DNA from: an uncultured delta proteobacterium
GTDB taxonomy: Bacteria; Desulfobacterota; Zymogenia; Zymogenales; Zymogenaceae
DNA length: 64,000 bases
Direction of reading: 5' to 3'
NCBI GenBank assembly: GCA_963792965.1
Contig: CAWBYW010000007.1
Coordinates: forward strand, 1-64,000
A model generated the notes under the pieces. The model had not been told where the DNA came from. It searched no databases and saw only the letters and a list, made by a program, of their open reading frames with translations. The position numbers and the translations under genes are program-made. Within the stretch, counting starts at the first letter, position 1. Each line of letters opens with the position of its first letter. This document shows, one piece after another, positions 56,445 to 64,000 of the stretch.

Positions 56445-56708
56445 CTACTCGGTTTGGATTCTGTCGACATTCGCCCAGGGTACTTCCACAAGGCCGTAGT
56501 CCTGGGTTAGAAACATCACCGTTCCCGTCGGGTGCTCACCAAAGGCGACGCCCTCGGTTCTGCTTTTGTACCACAGCACTTTGTGATATGTGGTGCCGTC
56601 CTTAAGGAGCACCGCATATCCCCCGTGGGTGATGACGCCGTATCCGATGCAGCCCGCCAGGCTTACGGTGAACAGGAGGAAAACAAACAAGGCGATCGTT
56701 TTCTTCAT
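56445..56708 (-). CDS. Small lipoprotein of unknown function
   Basis: MKK + hydrophobic stretch + LAGC lipobox; G-rich RBS. Confidence 0.72.
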   Translation of the reverse strand: MKKTIALFVFLLFTVSLAGCIGYGVITHGGYAVLLKDGTTYHKVLWYKSRTEGVAFGEHPTGTVMFLTQDYGLVEVPWANVDRIQTE

Positions 56709-56893
56709 GGGTTCCCCCCCCAATAAATGTGCTAAAATTATCCTACTTTTCGGTACTTGCTGTCAATATAAAACGTTTTCTAAGGGCCTGCTGTGATTTT
56801 ACTCACAGAGAAGGGGTAAAACGGGGCTTTTCGCGGGTCTGTTCGTCGATCGGTAGCGTCTTTTCCCAAGAAAACGGTTCATGTAGGGGGTTC

Positions 56894-59530
56894 ATGAAGG
56901 GGGAAAGGTCTTTCTTAGGCACGACCGTCAAGAGGGTCGCGCTCATATCCGCACTGGCCGCCTTCGTGGCATCAACGGCCACGGTCATCGTTTTCTTCTT
57001 TTCCTTTCGGGAAGAGCTGATCACGAACGCCGTGCGACGGATCGTGGAACAGACCGTCGGGTATCGGGTATCCCTTGTGGGGATACGACCCGTCTCGCTT
57101 AACGCGGTTTCCGTCGACGATATCGACCTTGTGCTCGGCTCTACCACCATTTCCTCGGGACCGACGGTACTGGGATTTCGACTCGGCATCAGCCCGCTCG
57201 TGTCCGTACGAAAGGTTTCGATGGAACATCCCTCTATCTCACTTGACCTGTCAAAAGAAGGAACGGGGAACGGTGCCGATATCATCAACCGCCTTATGCG
57301 GATGGACATCGATATCGCCGGGGGCGATCTCGCGATAATCGAAAAAGGGAAGCGCTATAGACTGGTCGGCCTCGATATGAGCTATACGCACGGCCTGTTC
57401 GGAAAAAAGCTTTCTCTGTCCGGGTCCGCGCGTACCGAGGGGAGCGCAGATGGAGCGATCCTCGGCGGGCCTTTTTGGGTCCAGATGCGCGTGACGGGCG
57501 ACTATCCGAAGATTACAGCGCGGGGAACGATAACGACGCGGCGATCGGGCTGGCGGATCGATAACTACCTTTTTTCGTGGGGGCAACTCGACGCCCGCGT
57601 CTCCCTTGATGAGGTTGGTCTGGAGGCGACCGATGCCAGGGTTACGGATTTTTCCTTGGTCGAGGAGAAGGTCGGCCTGAAGCTCGACGGAATCAGCGGC
57701 ACGGGCGCGATGAAAAACGAGAACAACGGCCCGTTCACCTTACGTGATGTGAGGCTTTCGGCACCTCGCCTCGGTGATGTCTCGCTTGACCTGATAGTCA
57801 ACGAGGACGGAAGATGGAAAGTGGGGGCGTCGTCCGATTCTCTCACGTTATCGTCCGAGAGTGTGCGGAGGCTGGGCCACTTCGTCCCTGATTTCTTTTA
57901 TGGCTGGGGAGCAAAGGGGAGGGTGCGCGGCGCGCTCACGATGGGAACCGTCGACACCGAGGATGGGAGTATCGCCGGAAACCTCGATGCGACCCTGATT
58001 GACGCCGGATTTTCCTCACCGGATTCGCTCTACCTCGGGGAAGGGGTTTCCGGGAATGTCGTGCTCCGGTTCAGAGATGACGTTAAGGGCGGATTTTCGT
58101 TCGAAGCCAACGCTGTCGCCCACGATTTCCAGCTCCTTCTGGCCGATTTCTTCATGAACTTCAAAGACACGAGGATTTCGGCATCACTGGAAGGAACGCT
58201 CGTCAATCCGGGAGAGGTGAAAGACCTTGACTGTGAGCTCGCGATCCCCAATGTCCTGTCGTCCCGTGTTGCGGGTGACATCGACTACAGCGGTGCGAAA
58301 ACGAGGGTGAACCTCACCTGCGCGGCGCGGGCGCTGGACTTAGGAAAGGCCTTTGACCTCTTCTTGAGGGAATTCTTCAGGAACCGCGCCCCGTCCCTCT
58401 ACACGGGGCAGATGATGGGGTCGCTCTCTTTTCGAGGAGCAATCGCGGGGGACCTGTCCGCGCCCAAAGTCAGCGGATATGCCGCGATCGAGGGCGCATC
58501 GATCGACCTTCCCGATATCGGTACAAAGATCGAAGGGCTCGAGGCCGCCGTCCCCTTTTCGGTCGACCTGTCGAGCTCGGTCCTGGGCGACACGTCCCCA
58601 CGGTTTGAGCCCCGCGACTTCGGCACGATCGCCTTTTCGCGCGCGGTCGTCGGGGGCGTGGAGATCGGGGAGACCGCATTTTCGCCCGCATTGGTAAACA
58701 ACGCCCTCTCCTTTAAGGATGAGGTAAGGCTTCCGATTTCCGGCGGCTCGATCAAGGTCGGAGGTTTTGCGGCCAAAGATATCTTTAACGAAAACAGGAC
58801 GGTGAGCCTCTCTCTCGATATTGAGGGTGTCGATATCGCCCGGATGTTCCCGAAGGAAAGGGCCGTCAATTTGGAGGGGGGGCTCTCCGGCAATCTCTCC
58901 GAGGTCAGGGTCGCGGACAAAAAACTGTTTACTTCGGGAGGGCTTACTGCTACAATATTTGGAGGGAAGGTGACGATAGGGAATATCTGGGGAGAAAACG
59001 TCTTTGACGCGGGAAGACGGCTCGGGTGTGACGTGGCGTTTTCAGACCTGGATCTGGGCATGCTGACTCAAACCATCGACGTGGGCAAGGTCACCGGGAT
59101 CGCGGAAGGACGGATAGCCGGCTTGACTTTCTCGTACGGGGAACCGGAGCGATTTGTGTTTGATTTCTCTACGGTCGAAAAACGAGGGGCAAGAAAGCGG
59201 GTCAGCGTCGATTTTGTCGATAAGCTCACCATCCTCGGGTCCGGATCGAGCCTCCTCTCGGGGGTTTTAGGAGGCGCCGTCAAGCGTTTCATTCATGAAT
59301 ATAACTATTCAAAGATCGGCATTCATCTCGAGCTTAAAGATGACTACTTCACGTTGAGGGGAACAATCCACGAGGGGAATAAAGAATATCTCATCAAACG
59401 CAGCGGCCTTACCGGTATCGACGTTATCAACCAGAATCCTGATAACAAGATCGGATTTAAAGATATGATGAAGAGGCTGGAGAGGATCAACGTGAAAAAC
59501 ACCAGTGATATCAGGATAGAAACACGCTAA
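56894..59530 (+). CDS. AsmA-like/YdbH-type beta-rich intermembrane protein
   Basis: N-terminal TM; long Gly/hydrophobic beta repeats; C-terminal DLDL--LT...G-I-GL...YSKIGI---L; precedes YnbE/YdbL-like gene. Confidence 0.7.
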   Translation: MKGERSFLGTTVKRVALISALAAFVASTATVIVFFFSFREELITNAVRRIVEQTVGYRVSLVGIRPVSLNAVSVDDIDLVLGSTTISSGPTVLGFRLGISPLVSVRKVSMEHPSISLDLSKEGTGNGADIINRLMRMDIDIAGGDLAIIEKGKRYRLVGLDMSYTHGLFGKKLSLSGSARTEGSADGAILGGPFWVQMRVTGDYPKITARGTITTRRSGWRIDNYLFSWGQLDARVSLDEVGLEATDARVTDFSLVEEKVGLKLDGISGTGAMKNENNGPFTLRDVRLSAPRLGDVSLDLIVNEDGRWKVGASSDSLTLSSESVRRLGHFVPDFFYGWGAKGRVRGALTMGTVDTEDGSIAGNLDATLIDAGFSSPDSLYLGEGVSGNVVLRFRDDVKGGFSFEANAVAHDFQLLLADFFMNFKDTRISASLEGTLVNPGEVKDLDCELAIPNVLSSRVAGDIDYSGAKTRVNLTCAARALDLGKAFDLFLREFFRNRAPSLYTGQMMGSLSFRGAIAGDLSAPKVSGYAAIEGASIDLPDIGTKIEGLEAAVPFSVDLSSSVLGDTSPRFEPRDFGTIAFSRAVVGGVEIGETAFSPALVNNALSFKDEVRLPISGGSIKVGGFAAKDIFNENRTVSLSLDIEGVDIARMFPKERAVNLEGGLSGNLSEVRVADKKLFTSGGLTATIFGGKVTIGNIWGENVFDAGRRLGCDVAFSDLDLGMLTQTIDVGKVTGIAEGRIAGLTFSYGEPERFVFDFSTVEKRGARKRVSVDFVDKLTILGSGSSLLSGVLGGAVKRFIHEYNYSKIGIHLELKDDYFTLRGTIHEGNKEYLIKRSGLTGIDVINQNPDNKIGFKDMMKRLERINVKNTSDIRIETR

Positions 59531-59551
59531 CTGCACGGGGAGGATTGTATC

Positions 59552-60133
59552 ATGATAAGGAGACTTGTACCGGCCACCGTTATTATGATTCTGCTGGTGA
59601 CGGCGTGCGTCACGGTGAACATATACTTCCCCGCCGAGGCGGTGAAGAAGGCGGCCGATGAGATCGTCAACGGCGTCTACGAAAAGGGAAAAGACAAGGG
59701 GAAAGATACAAAACCGGAGGGATCCCTGGAAGGGAGATATATGCTGGCCGGGATTTTCACCGACACCGCGTGGGCGCAGGTCGATATCAATATCTCCACG
59801 CCGGCCATCCGGGCAATCCGCTCCTCCATGGAAGCGCGCTTCGGCCAGCTCAGCCCCTACTATAACGGCGGCAACATCGGCATCACGAACCGGGGATATC
59901 TTGAGATCAGAAATCAGGCCGGCCTTGATATCGGGGCGGTGGGCAACCTCCGGGGCCTCGTGGACGCGGAGAACGGCGATCGGGCCAGGCTCTATCAGGA
60001 GATCGCGACGGCCAACAACCTGGGCTCGGCCTCTATCCCCCAGATCGAGCAGCTCTTTGCGCAGAGCTGGCAGAACCAGGCCGGCCCCGGCTGGTGGGTC
60101 CAGGGGGGCAACGGTTCCTGGGTAAAGAGGTAA
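59552..60133 (+). CDS. Lipoprotein: YnbE-like N-terminus fused to YdbL (DUF1318) domain
   Basis: VTAC lipobox, CVTVNIYFPA; G-IG----GYL, V-AEN-DR--LY-EIA, A-PGWWVQ---GSW. Confidence 0.82.
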   Translation: MIRRLVPATVIMILLVTACVTVNIYFPAEAVKKAADEIVNGVYEKGKDKGKDTKPEGSLEGRYMLAGIFTDTAWAQVDINISTPAIRAIRSSMEARFGQLSPYYNGGNIGITNRGYLEIRNQAGLDIGAVGNLRGLVDAENGDRARLYQEIATANNLGSASIPQIEQLFAQSWQNQAGPGWWVQGGNGSWVKR

Positions 60134-60139
60134 TGAATA

Positions 60140-60358
60140 ATGCCCATATTTGAATTTGTCTGCGGCGGCTGCGGGCACGAGTTCGAGGAGCTGGTGATGT
60201 CCCGGAGCTCCGAAGTGGTCTGCCCGAAGTGTTCCTCAACAGAAGTAAACAAGCAGATGTCGGTCTGCGCGGTCAAGAGCAGCACGAAGTTCACTTCGAC
60301 CTCATCGGGCGCCGGCTGCGGAAGTTGCGGGTCGAAAAATTGCGGCAGCTGCCATTGA
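60140..60358 (+). CDS. FmdB-family zinc-ribbon protein
   Basis: MPIFEFVCGGCGHEFEEL...CPKCSS...CGSCGSKNCGSC. Confidence 0.9.
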   Translation: MPIFEFVCGGCGHEFEELVMSRSSEVVCPKCSSTEVNKQMSVCAVKSSTKFTSTSSGAGCGSCGSKNCGSCH

Positions 60359-60380
60359 CGATACGTCAGGGAGGCCTGGG

Positions 60381-61880
60381 ATGATGAGTTTTAGAAAGGC
60401 TGTCTCCCTCCTTTTGTTCTTCCTCATCCTTTTCTCCGTCCCATCCTATCTGCGCGGCGAGGAAACAAAACGTCAGGGAAAGGTTCGAGAGCCCGCAGTG
60501 GCCGGCTCTTTCTATCCCTCGGACCCGAAAGAGCTCCGGTCGATGATCGAGGGATTCCTCTCGGAGGCGCCCCGGACCACGGTGCCCGGAAAAACCATCG
60601 CGATCGTCTCCCCCCACGCCGGCTATATCTACTCGGGGAAGACCGCCGCGGCGGGGTATAAGACGCTGGAGGGGCTCTCGTTTGATACCGTCATCGTGAT
60701 CGGACCGAGCCACCACTATGCCTTCGACGGGGCGGCGATCTACGCGGACGGACCGTACCGGACGCCGCTGGGCGACGTGCCGCTCGACACCGCGTTAATC
60801 GATGCAATCAAGAAGAGCGGCGAGGGGATCACGACCGACCCGGTCTTCCAGGAGACGGAGCACTCGGTCGAGGTCGAGATACCCTTCCTGCAGGTGGTGC
60901 TCGGGAATTTCAAGCTTGTCCCGATCGTGATGGGGAGCCGTAATTTGGCGGCGTGCGAGGATCTCGCACAGGCCATCGCCGGTGCCGTGGGGACTAAAAA
61001 GGTCCTGATCGTGGCGTCCTCGGACCTCTCGCACTACTATCCGAGGGATGTGGCGAAAAAGCTTGACGGGGTCTTCCGGAGTTTCCTGGCGAAAAACGAT
61101 CCTGACGGGATGTATGACTCGTTTGTCACGAAGAAGAGCGAGGCGTGCGGAGGCGGTCCCGTTGTGACGACACTCCTGGCTGCAAAGTCGCTCGGATCGA
61201 CGGGGGTCGTTGTGACAAAATACGATGACAGCGGGACTGAGACCGGAGACACCAGCGCCGTCGTCGGCTACATGTCGGCGGTCGTCTACGGGCGGGGAGG
61301 CCCGCCGGCGGGCGAGGGCGATACGGGCGGGGGACTGCTTTCCGCCGCCGAAAAGAAGAAGCTCTTGTCCATCGCGCGCACGAGCATCGAGTGCGGCCTC
61401 ACGGGGAAAGACTTCCCGAATTTCGGAGTAAGCTCTCCGGCGCTCAAGGAGATGGGGGCCGCATTCGTGACGCTGAAAAAGAACGGGGATCTCCGGGGAT
61501 GCATCGGCTATATAGAGCCGATACTTCCGCTCTGGGAGACGGTGAAGGAAGTCGCGGCGGAAGCGGCCTTCCATGATCAACGCGTTTCCCGGAAGCTGTC
61601 GAAAGATGAGCTCAAAGATATCACCATCGAGATCTCGGTACTGTCCAAGCTCAGCCGATCAAGAGCGTCGAACGAGATCGTCATCGGGAGAGACGGGGTG
61701 CAGATTCGCAAGGACGGCAGGTCAGGCATCTTTCTCCCCCAGGTGCCGGTCGAGCAGGGCTGGGGCCTGGACGAGTATCTCCAAAACCTCTGCGAAAAGG
61801 CCGGGCTCATGCCTAACGACTGGAAACAGAAGGATGCCCGGCTCTTTACTTTTACGGCGGACGTCTTCTCGGAGGAATAG
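60381..61880 (+). CDS. amrB: AmmeMemoRadiSam protein B (Memo)-protein A (AMMECR1) fusion with N-terminal signal peptide
   Basis: REPAVAGSFYP, PHAGYIYSG, GPSH, EHSVE, SSDLSHY, CGGGP, VVGY; then AFVTL, LRGCIG, EISVLS, FLPQV, KAG. Confidence 0.92.
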   Translation: MMSFRKAVSLLLFFLILFSVPSYLRGEETKRQGKVREPAVAGSFYPSDPKELRSMIEGFLSEAPRTTVPGKTIAIVSPHAGYIYSGKTAAAGYKTLEGLSFDTVIVIGPSHHYAFDGAAIYADGPYRTPLGDVPLDTALIDAIKKSGEGITTDPVFQETEHSVEVEIPFLQVVLGNFKLVPIVMGSRNLAACEDLAQAIAGAVGTKKVLIVASSDLSHYYPRDVAKKLDGVFRSFLAKNDPDGMYDSFVTKKSEACGGGPVVTTLLAAKSLGSTGVVVTKYDDSGTETGDTSAVVGYMSAVVYGRGGPPAGEGDTGGGLLSAAEKKKLLSIARTSIECGLTGKDFPNFGVSSPALKEMGAAFVTLKKNGDLRGCIGYIEPILPLWETVKEVAAEAAFHDQRVSRKLSKDELKDITIEISVLSKLSRSRASNEIVIGRDGVQIRKDGRSGIFLPQVPVEQGWGLDEYLQNLCEKAGLMPNDWKQKDARLFTFTADVFSEE

Positions 61881-61884
61881 CATC

Positions 61885-63099
61885 ATGAGTCGGGAAGGGA
61901 AATCCAAGGAAGAAACCGGAAAAAAGCGATTTTCCCGCAGGGCATTCCTGGGGACGGCGTCGGTCTGCGCCCTCGGCGTGTGCGCCGCGGGACTCCCGTC
62001 TTACGCCCGTGCGGAGGAAATCGGAAAGAGCCAAGATAACGATGAGATCGGCTACCCCGCGCGCGGATTCATGACGCCGAGGGAATCGCCCCTCTACATG
62101 CCGCTTGGCAATGGTGCGATCATGTGCCTCCTCTGCCCGCGGGGCTGCACCGTGGCGGAGGGAAAGCGCGGCCATTGCGAGGTGCGGGAGAACCGGAAAG
62201 GGAAATATTACAGCCTCGTATACGGCAACCCGTGCGCCATCCACGTGGACCCGATCGAGAAGAAGCCCTTTTTCCACCTGATACCCGCCACGACCTCCTT
62301 TTCCATAGCCACGGCCGGGTGCAACTTCGACTGTAAATTCTGCCAGAACTTCGATATCTCTCAGGCCGTCCCGGAGGATACCGACAACTATCGGCTAACC
62401 CCCGCTGCACTCGTCAAGGAGGCGAAATCCTCGGGATCGGCGTCGGTCGCCTATACCTACGTGGAGCCGACGATCTTCTACGAGTATATGCTCGACTGCG
62501 CAAAAGCCGTCAAGGCGGCGGGTCTCATCAACGTCATGCACTCAAACGGCTTCATCAACCCCGGGCCGAGGAAGGAGCTTGCCACGTACCTGACGGGCGT
62601 CAACATCGACCTCAAGGGGTTCACCGAGGATTACTATGCGTCGATGAGCGAGGGGAGGCTTGCCCCGGTGCTCGACTCGATCAAGGGGTACAAGAAGGCG
62701 GGGGTGCACGTAGAGCTCACGACGCTTGTCGTCCCCACGAAAAACGACGACATCGGGACTATTACCAAGATGTCAGAGTGGATCAGGGACGAGGTGGGCA
62801 AGGAGACGCCGCTCCACTTTTCGAGGTTCATCCCCCTGTATAAGCTCAGGAATCTGCCGGACACCCCCGTGGAGACGCTGGAGGCGGCGCACGACGCTGC
62901 GAAAAAGGCCGGCCTTGAGTACGTCTATATCGGCAACGTACCGGGCCATAAGTACGAATCCACCTACTGCCCGAAATGCAAGGAGATCCTCATCTACCGC
63001 ATGGGCTACTTCGTCGGCGAGGTAAAGATCAAGAACGGGAAGTGCAAATTCTGCGGCTACCCGATCGCGGGGATCTGGCAGCTGCCGAAGTCGGCGTGA
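61885..63099 (+). CDS. amrS: AmmeMemoRadiSam radical SAM enzyme with twin-arginine signal
   Basis: SRRAFLG; CLLCPRGC, DPIEKKPFFH, GCNFDCKFCQN, YTYVEP, HFSRF-P, YVYIGNV, CPKC/CKFC. Confidence 0.93.
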   Translation: MSREGKSKEETGKKRFSRRAFLGTASVCALGVCAAGLPSYARAEEIGKSQDNDEIGYPARGFMTPRESPLYMPLGNGAIMCLLCPRGCTVAEGKRGHCEVRENRKGKYYSLVYGNPCAIHVDPIEKKPFFHLIPATTSFSIATAGCNFDCKFCQNFDISQAVPEDTDNYRLTPAALVKEAKSSGSASVAYTYVEPTIFYEYMLDCAKAVKAAGLINVMHSNGFINPGPRKELATYLTGVNIDLKGFTEDYYASMSEGRLAPVLDSIKGYKKAGVHVELTTLVVPTKNDDIGTITKMSEWIRDEVGKETPLHFSRFIPLYKLRNLPDTPVETLEAAHDAAKKAGLEYVYIGNVPGHKYESTYCPKCKEILIYRMGYFVGEVKIKNGKCKFCGYPIAGIWQLPKSA

Positions 63100-63215
63100 C
63101 GCGGCAGCCGGGATTGCCGCCACGATCAGGAATATCTGGCTTCTTTCCTTGGGGACCCCCGACGTTTCCCGGCCGTCCGTATCGAGCCCTCAAACGACTT
63201 CATAGAACAATAATC

Positions 63216-64000
63216 TCACGCTCTCTGCTTTATCCGCATCGCCCCAATCCCTGTGGCCGCGGCCGCGCAGAGGTTTGCGGCGCATACCAACAGCACCGTT
63301 GCCACAAGACCGAAGATGGGAATCATGACGACCGAGGCCGTCAGTGCGCCGATCGATGCCCCCAATAGGTTGGTGCCGTAGACAAGCCCGCCTGACGACT
63401 CCGCCGAAAACCCGGACCAAGAAAGGGCGCGAGACGCCGTCACGAAGTGAAAGCCACACAGAATCCCGCAGAGCATATTCAGGAAAGAAAAGAAGAGATC
63501 GAGCCCGCTCACCAGCCCCGCCGGCGCGTACGTCGAGAAGAAATAGAGGACGGCGATAATCAGAAGGCTCAGGGCGGCGTAAAGGAGCTGGATGACGACG
63601 AGCGTCCGCCACGGCCGGCGTATGCGGTCGACGGCTCTGCGCGCGGCGGCCGTCCCCGCAAAAAGCCCGACCATGAAGGCGCTCACGATCAGCCCAAGGC
63701 TGAAGTAGACGTATCCGTAGAAGGTCTGGAAGGCGATAATAATGACGACCTCAAGTGAGATCTCTGAAAGGCCCGAGGTCAGGGCCGCCGGGGCGAGCGT
63801 CATGAAGGAGGACAATCCGGCCCTGCGGCGGACAAGGCCGAGCGCGCCGATATAGCAGGTCGTGATAAGCAAGAGCGTAACGCCGGGCCACGCCGGTTTA
63901 AGGCTCGAGAGCCGGCCGAGAAGGATCTTAGTCCCCGGTGAAAGCGAGAAGCTCCAGAGGATCATGTCGTAGAGGTAGGAGATCGGCGCGAGGTCCGTAT
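63216..64000 (-). CDS. C-terminal membrane part of a fused MFS/spermidine-synthase-like protein (truncated by window edge)
   Basis: DLAPISYLY---LW, FQTFYGYVY--LGLI--AFMVGL, VYGTNLLGASIGA; catalytic domain not in window. Confidence 0.68.
   Translation of the reverse strand, partial: TDLAPISYLYDMILWSFSLSPGTKILLGRLSSLKPAWPGVTLLLITTCYIGALGLVRRRAGLSSFMTLAPAALTSGLSEISLEVVIIIAFQTFYGYVYFSLGLIVSAFMVGLFAGTAAARRAVDRIRRPWRTLVVIQLLYAALSLLIIAVLYFFSTYAPAGLVSGLDLFFSFLNMLCGILCGFHFVTASRALSWSGFSAESSGGLVYGTNLLGASIGALTASVVMIPIFGLVATVLLVCAANLCAAAATGIGAMRIKQRA

Overview
A GC-rich bacterial chromosomal window, mostly housekeeping. Gene content and order (yqeY-mutS2-dnaG-rpoD-tRNA-nif3-Zn ribbon-rnhA-rnpB; rpoN-hpf-ptsN-hprK-rapZ-mannose-type PTS-ptsH-ptsI-metK-ahcY; a DUF6178-like gene) suggest a deltaproteobacterial-grade anaerobe (inference). 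It contains RNase P RNA and a tRNA(CAT). I found no CRISPR array, integrase or transposase. About a dozen genes are broken by small indels and 8.7-10.35 kb is heavily garbled, which looks more like uncorrected sequencing error than biology. The best candidate for a new system is at the right end: one tight operon joining an AsmA/YdbH-like protein, a YnbE-YdbL-like fused lipoprotein, an FmdB Zn ribbon, a Memo-AMMECR1 fusion with a Sec-type signal and a radical SAM enzyme with a Tat signal. This appears to be an exported AmmeMemoRadiSam system, and it faces a membrane spermidine-synthase-like gene. Other oddities: murT-gatD in an apparent diderm, two adjacent acyltransferases lacking the catalytic acid, a duplicated whole transcription unit, a stand-alone degenerate ANTAR protein and a large GH57-like/FN3 protein directly behind rnpB. 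All family calls are by eye from motifs; no searches were run.
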